A DNA stretch of 64,000 nucleotides from Phycisphaerae bacterium. Lineage in GTDB: Bacteria > Planctomycetota > Phycisphaerae > UBA1845. This document shows positions 30,249 through 39,132 of this stretch, in pieces. Numbering within the stretch: position 1 is the first letter of the stretch; each line of letters opens with the position of its first letter. A model generated the notes under the pieces. That model did not search any database and had not been told where the DNA came from. It worked only from the letters and a program-made list of their open reading frames with translations. The stretch covers positions 800,001-864,000 of the forward strand of contig CAXXGO010000006.1 of assembly GCA_963666835.2 (NCBI GenBank), read 5' to 3'. The translations under genes were made by a program, and so were the position numbers.

Positions 30249-30420
30249 GCGGCAGGTCTCGTACCTCGACCGTGCCCTACGAAACCTCCACGCATTGCGT
30301 GCCTTCGTGGCAGGACCGTGCCCACATAACTTCAGAATGCGAATCCGTCCCCCACCCATGCCGGCGGCGGGGCGATGCGGCTATTCCAGCACGCCAAACG
30401 CCGGCATGGATGGGGCACCC
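30249..30420 (-). repeat. Compound REP: GTAG-family (30249-30280) + GGGTG-family (30342-30420)
   Basis: GCGGCAGGTCTCGTACCTCGACCGTGCCCTAC and AATCCGTCCCCCACCCATGCCGGCG...CGCCGGCATGGATGGGGCACCC. Confidence 0.85.
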
Positions 30421-30438
30421 GGCCGGGCCATATTCTTG

Positions 30439-30939
30439 TCACTCCTCCGGGCACGGGCCGATTACCAACGGCTCGGTCAGTTGGATTACGACGACATCCG
30501 AGGAATGGTCCTCGGAAAGCATGTCGCCCGTCACCTCTATTTCGAAGACATGTTCGCAGCCGGCGTGCGTAACCACCAAGTGAACTTCATCCGGCACTGG
30601 ATACTCAGGGATTTCAACCTCCGAAGAGAACGGGTTAGGGCATCTTCCGAATTCATTGCCCCAGATGATACCCTCAAAGGTACCGTCTTCCCAAATGAAG
30701 CTGGCACTCAAAGGTGAGTTGGTTGCCCCCCCGGTGCCCGTGTTCTCACCGGCCGTCCAAGTATACGCACTGATTTCGAGACTACCCAACGTCATTGTGC
30801 CGTCTGTCTCGACTCTGCCCCGAACCAGCATTTGTGCTTTGATCAACGGACACGCGGAACAGGCTAAACCAGATGCGAGACCGACGGCCCCCACCAGTGC
30901 CAGCATTACCGCGACTTTGACTCGATTCATTGTCCTCAT
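30439..30939 (-). CDS. Small exported/lipoprotein-like hypothetical protein (paralog 1)
   Basis: Signal peptide ending LASGLAC; shares PFSSEVExPEYPVPDExHLVVTHxGCE and QLTEPLVIGxCPEE with 31121-31624. Confidence 0.75.
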   Translation of the reverse strand: MRTMNRVKVAVMLALVGAVGLASGLACSACPLIKAQMLVRGRVETDGTMTLGSLEISAYTWTAGENTGTGGATNSPLSASFIWEDGTFEGIIWGNEFGRCPNPFSSEVEIPEYPVPDEVHLVVTHAGCEHVFEIEVTGDMLSEDHSSDVVVIQLTEPLVIGPCPEE

Positions 30940-30989
30940 TGCCAGATCCTCAGAATGCATGCTTAATCCTCTGCGTGACGCGCGCTTTC

Positions 30990-31102
30990 GCGGCAGGTCT
31001 CGTACCTCGACCGTGCCCTACGCAATCCGTCCCCCACCCATGCCGGCGGCCGGGCGATACGACGATTCCAGCGCACCAAACGCCGGCATGAATGGGGCAC
31101 CC
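30990..31102 (-). repeat. Compound REP (GTAG 30990-31021 + GGGTG 31024-31102)
   Basis: Direct repeat of the elements at 30249-30420. Confidence 0.85.
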
Positions 31103-31120
31103 CGCCGGGACATATTCTTG

Positions 31121-31624
31121 TCACTCCTCCGGGCATGCGCCGATTACCAACGGCTCCGTCAGTTGGAGAATGTCGTACTCCGGATAGTCATAATCCGTCA
31201 CCATCTCCGCGGCTATGGTTATCTCGAAGGTCTGCTCGCAGCCGTTGTGCGTAACCACCAAGTGAATCTCGTCCGGCACTGGATACTCGGGAACCTCAAC
31301 CTCCGAAGAGAACGGGCCGGTGCAAAGAGCTACGCTGTCAGTTGCCCGGAGGAGAATCTGAAACGTACCGTCCTGCCAAGTAAACACGTTGTCAATAAAG
31401 CCCGCCTCACTCGTCCCCGTCCCCGTATGCTCGCCGGCAGTCGACGTATAGCCCGCGACGTCAAAATCCCCCAATGCGACCGTGCCATCCGTATCGACTT
31501 GCCCACGCACTAGCATGCCGGTAAACGAAAGCGGACAGGGGAAACACGCCAATCCGGACGCTAGACCGATGGTGCCCATGACCAAACATAAGGCAGCAGC
31601 CTTGATGCGCTTTGTCTTCTTCAT
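31121..31624 (-). CDS. Small exported/lipoprotein-like hypothetical protein (paralog 2)
   Basis: GAGG RBS, MKKTKRIK signal peptide ending LASGLAC; homologous to 30439-30939. Confidence 0.78.
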   Translation of the reverse strand: MKKTKRIKAAALCLVMGTIGLASGLACFPCPLSFTGMLVRGQVDTDGTVALGDFDVAGYTSTAGEHTGTGTSEAGFIDNVFTWQDGTFQILLRATDSVALCTGPFSSEVEVPEYPVPDEIHLVVTHNGCEQTFEITIAAEMVTDYDYPEYDILQLTEPLVIGACPEE

Positions 31625-31699
31625 TTTCGGTTCCTCGCCATATGCGCTCCCGCTTCTCTCCAAACGGGGCCGTCTACACCGTCGCGCGCGTTGCCCTAC

Positions 31700-32908
31700 T
31701 CAGTCCACCGGGATGCAGGGAATGCTCGGGTTCGCCACGTGAAACTCGTCCTCAAAGAAGTTGCCGATACGATGCGAATCGCCCGTTTGGTCCAATGCGC
31801 CGCACGAATGCGCAATCTCGTGAAAGACGGTATTCGCACAATCGCATTGAGTGCCGACGGTACAGAACCACATCGGCGATCCTCCGAGGCTACATCCCCC
31901 GGCGGGATGAAGAGCCCCGCAAGGTCCGCAGGTATGCGGGTCGGCGCAATCGATTCGCGTCCGTCTGAAGTGGGAGCCGCCGCAACCTAGGCGGCCCTTC
32001 ATGCACTTTTTGAACGCCAGGCTGACGTCCGGGATCTCGTCGATCTTGTCGTATACGCTGGATAGGTTATCGATGCATGGGGGAGTGTTGCCCTCGCAGC
32101 TCTGGCCCGGGCCGTCCATGGCCAAGGGGCCGTCGCACTTGTACGCAATCGGGGGCGTGTAGATGATCATCGCGTCCAGGATAGCCGTAACCACTTGCCC
32201 GATGATGTTGCCGATCAGAATAAACGTGTTGCCCAGGCTCAGCCCGCGAGGGTCATCCTGACGGTCCAGCAACTGGCAGTGGAGCATCGCCTCGACGGCG
32301 TCGTGAAAGCCCGCTTCCGAGGCGGGATCCTCCCAGACGCCCTCCGCAGGCGAATACAACCAGCCCCCGGACACCGGAGGGTCACCGGCCGTGGTCGTCA
32401 GAGTGCCGCAGACGCCCAGCCCGCCCGGAGTGACCGAGACCGTAAGCTCCAGCGTGCGGGTTACCGAGCCCTCGGTAAGCTGCACGACCGCGTCGACCGA
32501 CGAACCCCAACTCTCGAACACCGCCGTAACCGTGCCCGTCGCCACGAGCGATCCGCCCTCCGACACCTGTAGGGCAGCGTCGAGGTACGAGACCTGCCGC
32601 GACTTCTGCGTGACGCGCGTTACTGTGGCAGGTCTCGTACCTCGACCATGCCCTACATAACTGCCGCTGGTTAAGGCGAGATCCTCGTCAGCCCACGCGA
32701 AGTAATCGGCAAGGTGCTCGATCCGATCGTATTGCCCCGGGGGACCGGGGTCCGCACCTACCGGCCCGCAGTGCAGGTTTCCCATCTCATCCCGGTAACA
32801 TCCATCGATGCTCCTAGCTTCTCCCAGGTAGACCGGAGCCGCCTGCGCCCACGCGGTGCTAGGCATGGCGAGAACCACGCCAAGCCCCGCGACCAGCGCC
32901 ATTCTCAC
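31700..32908 (-). CDS. Secreted protein with Cys-rich C-terminal HEXXH zinc-metallopeptidase-like domain; carries an in-frame REPIN
   Basis: Signal peptide AWA|QA; VFHEIAHSCG; REP-derived peptide VGHGRGTRPA...RQVSYLDAAL. Confidence 0.65.
   Translation of the reverse strand: MRMALVAGLGVVLAMPSTAWAQAAPVYLGEARSIDGCYRDEMGNLHCGPVGADPGPPGQYDRIEHLADYFAWADEDLALTSGSYVGHGRGTRPATVTRVTQKSRQVSYLDAALQVSEGGSLVATGTVTAVFESWGSSVDAVVQLTEGSVTRTLELTVSVTPGGLGVCGTLTTTAGDPPVSGGWLYSPAEGVWEDPASEAGFHDAVEAMLHCQLLDRQDDPRGLSLGNTFILIGNIIGQVVTAILDAMIIYTPPIAYKCDGPLAMDGPGQSCEGNTPPCIDNLSSVYDKIDEIPDVSLAFKKCMKGRLGCGGSHFRRTRIDCADPHTCGPCGALHPAGGCSLGGSPMWFCTVGTQCDCANTVFHEIAHSCGALDQTGDSHRIGNFFEDEFHVANPSIPCIPVD
32568..32657. repeat. 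REPIN (inverted GTAG-REP doublet) inside a coding sequence
   Basis: TGTAGGGCAGCGTCGAGGTACGAGACCTGCC...GGCAGGTCTCGTACCTCGACCATGCCCTACA, 90 bp. Confidence 0.85.
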
Positions 32909-33264
32909 AAGGGCGGCAGTGCGTCCCCCCCCCTGTTCAAAGGACGAAAACCCGTTTGCCCGCCCCGGCGTATCGCCGCGCCGGCCGTCGTACGACGCAC
33001 GTTCATAACCTGTACTCCCTTCTGTTGGGCCGCTGTTCGAGTGAACTTAGCGATGGGATCGGCGGGCCCGCCCGCGGCCTCCAAGTTCGGGACCGCTGTG
33101 TACCTGAAAAACATAACCACGCTCGCAGGGGATGTCAAGTGCGAGTGTTGAATCGCGGCGTAAGCGCCTGGTAGAACATTGTCATTACGCTTGCGGCCCA
33201 AACTGCTGCAGGGCGGCGTCGCAATACAAGATCTGCCACAGACTTCTGCGCGATGCGGGCCTTC

Positions 33265-33435
33265 GTGGCAGGTCTCGTACTTCGACCGTGCCCTACGAGG
33301 TCTTTGTGCATTCCGCGCGGTTGCGGCAGGTCTCGTGCCTCGACCGTGCCCTACGCAATCCGTCCCCCACCCATGCCGGCGGCGGGGTGATGCGGCTATT
33401 CCAGCACGCTAAACGCCGGCACGGATGGGGCACCC
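33265..33435 (-). repeat. Compound REP (GTAG 33265-33296 and 33323-33354; GGGTG 33357-33435)
   Basis: Same units and orientation as 30249-30420 and 30990-31102. Confidence 0.85.
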
Positions 33436-33523
33436 GGCCTGACGCGAGAAGGAATACCGAACCGTGCTTCTAAATGAGCGACGCGTTACTCCCCTTTATT
33501 GAAGGGGTTTCGGCCCGAGCGCG

Positions 33524-35587
33524 CTACGCCGGGGCGGGTTCGTCGCCCACGGATTCCAGCAGCAGCTCGGCGATGTCCATCTGGGGCATGTCCTCTTTTT
33601 CGTTGTCGGCCAGGCCGTCAATGAGCATCCGCTGGCAGAACGGGCAGGCGCTGCTGATCGTATCCGGGTTCGTATCGAGTAGTTGCAGCGTACGCACGTT
33701 GGCGATGCGCTCCTTGCCTTCCTCTTCTTCCTTGAACATCTGGGCGCCGCCTGCTCCACAGCACATGCCGCGGTCGCGGGTCGCGGTCGGTTCGACCACG
33801 CTTATGCCCGGAATGCTCCGCAGAACATCACGCGGGGCGTCGTACACCTGATTGTATCGACCCAGATAGCAGGAATCGTGGTAGACGACCCGTTGGTTGA
33901 TCGGCTTGGTCGGTTTGATCTTGCCCTGACGAACCAGGTCGGCCAGGAACGTCGTGTGGTGAATCACTTCATAATGCCCGCCGAAGTCGGGGTACTCATG
34001 CGCCAGAGTGTTGAGGCAATGCGGGCACGTCGTCACGATCTTCTTCTTGTTGACCCCGTACCCGTTCAGAGTTTCCACGTTCGCCTGGGCGTACATCTGG
34101 AACAGGTATTCGTTGCCCGCGCGCCGGGCAAGGTCGCCGGTACACTGTTCCTCGTTGCCCAAGGTGGCGAAGTCCACCCCGGCCATCTGCATCAACCGCG
34201 CAGTGGCGCGAGTCACCTTCTTGGCACGCTCGTCGAACGCGGGAGCGCAACCGACCCAGAACAGGATCTTCGCGTCCGGGTGTTCAGCCAGAGTCTTGAC
34301 GCCGAGGCCTTCGGCCCACTTATCGCGCTCGTCGCTGGGGAAGCCCCAGGGATTCGCGCTGGACTCCAGGCAGCGGAAGGCGGCCTGCAGCTCGTTCGGG
34401 AACTCGCCGCGTTCCTGGACCAGATACCGTCGCATGTCGACGATCTTGTCTACATAGCTGATGAACACCGGGCACTCCTGCTCGCATGCCCGGCAGCTTG
34501 TGCAGGCCCAGAGCACCTCGGGGTCGATCACGCCGTCGACCAGGTCCTTATCCTGCTCCGGCACATCGCCTTCCGCGGCGGCTTCGCCGTTGCCGGCCAC
34601 CTTGGCCGCGACTAGCTCCTTCTCGTGGTCGTAAAGGAAATCGCGCAGGTCGAGCGTAAGCTGCTTGGGCGAGAGTTTCTTACCCGTGCTGGCGGCCGGG
34701 CATTGTTCGGTACATCGCCCGCACTCCGTGCAGGTGTAGAAGTCCAGGATAGCCTTCCAACTGAACTGATTGATCCGTTTGATCCCGAGGGTCTCCTCGC
34801 GCTCCAGCATGCCATCGATATCCACGAGCGGCGGTAGCCGCCCCGGGGGATTCAGGTCTTGCGTGTAGACGTTTGGGATCGCCGTAATAACGTGGAAGTG
34901 CTTCGAGTACGGCAGCAGGTTGAGGAAGATCAGCACCAGCGCGGCGTGGATCCAGAAACCGGCGTGCCGAACGCAATTCAACGCGCCGTCGGGTAAGTTC
35001 TGGACCATGAGCGCCGCGAACGACCCGGCCGGCTCGGCCATGTTGAAGGCCACCGCGGCGGCCGGCGTTTCTGCGCGGGCGTGGCGGACAATGTCCGCCC
35101 CGTCGTAGAAGATGTCTGCAACCATCATCACGACGATGATCCAAATGATAATCAGCCCCTCGGTGCTCAGGGTCATCCGCCCCAGGCGTTTGACCATTCG
35201 GTAGTAGACAAATACCAGCGCACCGAGAATAACCAAGACCGCGAACACGTCCTTGAGAAACGCGTAGATGTGCCCCAGCGGTTGGTCCGACGCGAACAGC
35301 CACATATTGAACGACTCGTCGAAGCCGCGCCCCCACAGGATCAGCGATCGCAGCAGAAGCACGAGGAACCCGAAGAAGATCAGAATGTGCGCGATGCCCG
35401 CCACGGGATAACGCGGCATACGAATTTGCGCAAAGGCGAAGGTCACGGTCCGACGCAATCGTTCGACACGATCGTCCCCGCGGTTGATCGGAGCTCCGAC
35501 CATCATTAACCGCCATCGCCGCACGGCGGAAAAGGCGAAGACTCCCCAGCCCACGATAAGCAATGCGGCCATAATCACCGGACCCAT
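33524..35587 (-). CDS. Membrane-bound Fe-S oxidoreductase (FadF/EMO-like, CCG domains), probable ETF:quinone oxidoreductase
   Basis: TM region with LPYSKHFH; CTECGRCTEQCP and CTSCRACEQECP; CCG domains; directly downstream of etfA. Confidence 0.85.
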   Translation of the reverse strand: MGPVIMAALLIVGWGVFAFSAVRRWRLMMVGAPINRGDDRVERLRRTVTFAFAQIRMPRYPVAGIAHILIFFGFLVLLLRSLILWGRGFDESFNMWLFASDQPLGHIYAFLKDVFAVLVILGALVFVYYRMVKRLGRMTLSTEGLIIIWIIVVMMVADIFYDGADIVRHARAETPAAAVAFNMAEPAGSFAALMVQNLPDGALNCVRHAGFWIHAALVLIFLNLLPYSKHFHVITAIPNVYTQDLNPPGRLPPLVDIDGMLEREETLGIKRINQFSWKAILDFYTCTECGRCTEQCPAASTGKKLSPKQLTLDLRDFLYDHEKELVAAKVAGNGEAAAEGDVPEQDKDLVDGVIDPEVLWACTSCRACEQECPVFISYVDKIVDMRRYLVQERGEFPNELQAAFRCLESSANPWGFPSDERDKWAEGLGVKTLAEHPDAKILFWVGCAPAFDERAKKVTRATARLMQMAGVDFATLGNEEQCTGDLARRAGNEYLFQMYAQANVETLNGYGVNKKKIVTTCPHCLNTLAHEYPDFGGHYEVIHHTTFLADLVRQGKIKPTKPINQRVVYHDSCYLGRYNQVYDAPRDVLRSIPGISVVEPTATRDRGMCCGAGGAQMFKEEEEGKERIANVRTLQLLDTNPDTISSACPFCQRMLIDGLADNEKEDMPQMDIAELLLESVGDEPAPA

Positions 35588-35801
35588 AAGCCTTCTCTTC
35601 CTTTCGTCTATGACAGGAATTGTCTTGGACCAAGCCGCGCGCGGCCGCCGATCCTCTGCCGGATTCGATTGAAACCCGAGACCGCGTTCCACGGCGCTGA
35701 TCAGGAAGCCGTGACGCCTTCCGGAGCAGGGTAAACGCCCAATACTCCGGCACCGGATCGCGAGACCGTGAAACGCGGTATCGGGAGGTTAGTTGAGCGT
35801 A

Positions 35802-36791
35802 CTATCCCTTGAGTCGCCTCAGTTCCTCGGTGACCAACGGGACAACCGCGAACAGGTCGGCAACGCAACCATAAGTCGCTACCTTGAAAATCGGAGCATC
35901 TTCCTTGGTATTGATGGCGACAATCACCTTGCTGCCGCGCATACCGGCCAGGTGCTGAATCGCGCCGTCGATCCCGCAGGCAATGTATAGCACCGGTGTG
36001 ACCACCTTGCCGGTCAGTCCGACCTGCCGCGAGTGGGGCTGATAGCCCGCGTCGCACGCCGCGCGCGAGGCACCTACGGCGCCGTCCAACACCTCCGCAA
36101 GTTCGAGCAGAATCTTGAAGTTGTCCTCGGACTTCAGAGCCCGGCCACCGGAGACGATGGTGTCGGCCTCAGTGACATCCTTGATGCCCGATCCGGTTGC
36201 CGCGATTTCCTTGATCTTCAGACGCTTGTCGTTATCCGAAAGCGTCAGCGCCACGGCCTGGACATCGGCGGTAGCTCCGGATTGCGGTTCGGTTGCGACA
36301 TACGCATTCGGCCGCACGGCCGCAATCTGCAAGCGGTCCTTATCGAGCCGGAACTTCGCGCTGAACTTGCCGGCGTACATCGGCTTAGCCGCGATCAGAT
36401 CGTCGCCGTCGAAAACGACTTCGGTGCAGTCAATTGCCAGGGCCCCCCGCTTGCGGGCGCCGACACGCGCGGTTAAGTCGCGTCCCAAAGCCGTGGCTGG
36501 GGCAAGAAGTACCCTCGGGTCGGCTGCCTCGAGAACTGCGGCGACGGCCGCGGTGTACGGCTCCGGCCGGTACATGGCCAGCTCCGCATCGTCGACCGTG
36601 TAGATCTTCTTCGCCCCTTGGGCAGCGACGGCGTCGGTGAGACCACCGACCCCCTCACCAACGAGACAGGCTTCCGCCAGTCCGCCGGAGGTGCCGGCCA
36701 GCTCACCGGCAAGGGCAAGCAACTGGAAAGACGCCGGGTGGATCTTGCCGCTGCGCTGTTCGATGAAAACGAGAATGTTATTAGTACTCAT
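35802..36791 (-). CDS. etfA: Electron transfer flavoprotein alpha subunit
   Basis: IVSGGRAL, GASRAA, QVGLTGK, GIDGAIQHLAGM. Confidence 0.93.
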   Translation of the reverse strand: MSTNNILVFIEQRSGKIHPASFQLLALAGELAGTSGGLAEACLVGEGVGGLTDAVAAQGAKKIYTVDDAELAMYRPEPYTAAVAAVLEAADPRVLLAPATALGRDLTARVGARKRGALAIDCTEVVFDGDDLIAAKPMYAGKFSAKFRLDKDRLQIAAVRPNAYVATEPQSGATADVQAVALTLSDNDKRLKIKEIAATGSGIKDVTEADTIVSGGRALKSEDNFKILLELAEVLDGAVGASRAACDAGYQPHSRQVGLTGKVVTPVLYIACGIDGAIQHLAGMRGSKVIVAINTKEDAPIFKVATYGCVADLFAVVPLVTEELRRLKG

Positions 36792-36793
36792 AG

Positions 36794-37585
36794 CTAAACT
36801 ACTTTCGCCTCCTCGCGCAAGACCCTGACGAGCTCCTTGGCCATCTCTTCCGGCTCACCTTCGATAAGCTTGCACTCCGGTCGCGGAGGCGGTGGGGCGA
36901 CGGACTCGAGGTGCGTTCCCGCCTCGGCCGCATTCTCCCCGGGGATATCCGCCGAGGTCAGCACCTTGACCGGCTTCTTCTTCGCCTTCATCAGATTCGG
37001 CAGGGAGGGGTACCGCGGCTCGACCAGCCCTTTTTCAATCGTAAGGACGGCCGGCAGATCGCACTCGACCACTTCTTCGGCACCCTCGATGCGCCGACGA
37101 GCGGCAAAGCTCTTGCCGTCGTCGGAGACTTCCAGCGCGGTTACAGCGCCCACGTGCGGGAGTCCGAGGAACTCGGCCAAAGCCGGTCCGCCCGCTCCGG
37201 CGTCCAGATCGATGGTGTATTTGCCGCAGAGGATCAAGTCGAAGCCGTCGGCGTCTTTCTTGATCGCTTCCGCGATCACATGGGCGGCGAACAATTCGTT
37301 CTTGGACTCGAATACCGGATCGTTGATGTGGACCCCGGAGTCCGCGCCCATGGCCAGGGCGACGCGGAGGGCCTCGTTCGCTTTGTCCGGGCCCAGGATC
37401 ATTGCCACGACCTCGGTTACATCACTGCGCTTTTCGCGAAGTTGGAGGCCCAGCTCCACGCCGAACTCGTCAAACGGGTCCAGCACGAGCTTGAGCCCGT
37501 TGAGATCGATCCCGGTCCCGTCCGGCAGCACCTTAACGGTCGCGTTGGAGTCGGGGACCTGCTTAACAACGGTTAGAATTCTCAA
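36794..37585 (-). CDS. etfB: Electron transfer flavoprotein beta subunit
   Basis: VKQVPD, DPFDEFGVE, ALAMGAD, EPRYPSLPNLMKAKKK. Confidence 0.93.
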   Translation of the reverse strand: MRILTVVKQVPDSNATVKVLPDGTGIDLNGLKLVLDPFDEFGVELGLQLREKRSDVTEVVAMILGPDKANEALRVALAMGADSGVHINDPVFESKNELFAAHVIAEAIKKDADGFDLILCGKYTIDLDAGAGGPALAEFLGLPHVGAVTALEVSDDGKSFAARRRIEGAEEVVECDLPAVLTIEKGLVEPRYPSLPNLMKAKKKPVKVLTSADIPGENAAEAGTHLESVAPPPPRPECKLIEGEPEEMAKELVRVLREEAKVV

Positions 37586-37724
37586 TGTGCTGCTCTCCTA
37601 GTACTGGTAACACTGCCCACTCTTTGCGTCCCGGAGTGTCTCGGGGTCGATATGTTAGCGGAAAACCCCGCAGATGGGCAGTACCGGCCCAAGAGGCTCG
37701 GACCCTCGTTTCTCACCGGCCTCG

Positions 37725-38030
37725 CTAGTAAGCGATCGAGAACGAGTCGAACTCGCCGGTCGCGGGCGAGTCAGTGCTGCTGATGTCCGTAATGTTGGAA
37801 CGCATAGCGACGGTAAGAGCTTCGATAAACCGGTCTACCTGCGATCTAGCCCCCTCGGCCACCAACTCCACCCGTCCATCGGGCAGATTCCGCACGAACC
37901 CGGTCACGTGGAACGGAGCGGCGACGTCCCGAGCGGTGGCACGGAAGAACACTCCCTGCACTCGCCCTGAGAAGTAAACGGTTCGGCGTGTGTCGGCGGG
38001 ATCACCTTGAGGTGTGGCGGCACCGTTCAT
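37725..38030 (-). CDS. acyP: Acylphosphatase
   Basis: SGRVQGVFFR, GFVRNLPDGRVE. Confidence 0.92.
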   Translation of the reverse strand: MNGAATPQGDPADTRRTVYFSGRVQGVFFRATARDVAAPFHVTGFVRNLPDGRVELVAEGARSQVDRFIEALTVAMRSNITDISSTDSPATGEFDSFSIAY

Positions 38031-38054
38031 ATCCCTCTCCAGCGGCCCGGCGGG

Positions 38055-38483
38055 TCAGTCGCGGCGTTTCATCAGGCGGATCTCCCGACCGCCGTCACGG
38101 TAGCTGACCTCGTCCATGTACGACTCCATCAGCATGATCCCACGTCCGTCCGGCTGGCGGAGCCGTTCGGGGGCGGTGCAGTCCGGGACATCTTCCGGGG
38201 CGAACCCGTGCCCCTCATCCCGCACGATAACGACGACCTTCTCTGGCGACACGGCGTAACGCACGGTTACCGTCTTCGACGGATCGTAGCCGTTGCCGTG
38301 CTTGATTGCGTTGGTTAGCGCTTCCTCCAGAGCCAGCTTCACCGCAAAGGTGGCTTCCTTAGAGAAACTGTGTTGTTTGAGGAGGCCCAGGATAGCCTCT
38401 TTGGGCTTGGACGCCTCTTGAACGTTGCTCGCAATCACATGAACGAGGAACGTTGCCTCGTTGTCGGGATCAACGTTGGTCAT
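38055..38483 (-). CDS. Anti-sigma factor / Ser kinase (RsbW/SpoIIAB-like HATPase)
   Basis: EEALTNAIKHGN, DEGHGF, GRGIMLM. Confidence 0.88.
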   Translation of the reverse strand: MTNVDPDNEATFLVHVIASNVQEASKPKEAILGLLKQHSFSKEATFAVKLALEEALTNAIKHGNGYDPSKTVTVRYAVSPEKVVVIVRDEGHGFAPEDVPDCTAPERLRQPDGRGIMLMESYMDEVSYRDGGREIRLMKRRD

Positions 38484-38593
38484 ACGCTAACGCCGGGCCG
38501 GAGTTTCGGACATCCCCCTGTGACCACACGATACACTGACAACCGTTTCGAAGAGGCAACCTCCGGACCAACACGGCGTGATGTCCGACACCG

Positions 38594-38959
38594 TTAGAAG
38601 CTCTCCAGTGCTTCCTTCTTCGTGCCGTAAATGTGGAAGAGCTTGTTCAGCCGCGTGATCTTGAAGACCTCGAAGATCTGCGGCGTGATATTCGCCAGTT
38701 TGAGCCGGCCTTTGGCTTCTTCGACAGCCTTGTTCAGTGTAATAAGCGTTCCGAGAGCAGAGCTGGACAAATGGTCGACATTGGCGAAGTCCAGCAACAG
38801 GTCTATCTTTGGCGTCTCGGCCACGAGCTTCAGCAGGGTGTCTTGGATCTCCGCAATGCAGAGCTCTTCGAGGATCTTGCGGTCCGCAAACTCGACAATA
38901 CTCACCCCGCCGGTTTCAATGATCGTCAGGTGAGGCTGCTCGTTCGTCATGACGGCCAC
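38594..38959 (-). CDS. STAS-domain anti-sigma factor antagonist
   Basis: LLDFANVDHLSSSALGTL, EVFKITRL. Confidence 0.9.
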   Translation of the reverse strand: MAVMTNEQPHLTIIETGGVSIVEFADRKILEELCIAEIQDTLLKLVAETPKIDLLLDFANVDHLSSSALGTLITLNKAVEEAKGRLKLANITPQIFEVFKITRLNKLFHIYGTKKEALESF

Positions 38960-39132
38960 GCTCCCTCATTTACGGTGGCTTGAAAACAGAACCTTCAGCG
39001 CTACAGTCTAGGCAGGCGGGCAGTACTGTCAAGATATCGATGGGGGTCGGTCCCGCGGGAGTGTGCTGGTAGAGTTCTTGCGAGGCGGTCTGGCAGCGTG
39101 CTGCGGAAGGGCAGTTTGCAGGTCGGAACATA

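Noticed and set aside
30439..31624. DGR template/variable repeat pair
   Set aside because: Both copies are full ORFs and the differences are not confined to adenines
32915..32965. c-di-GMP-I riboswitch (GGCAAAC...GACGCA on the minus strand)
   Set aside because: No GAAA-capped P2 stem or P3 receptor could be built
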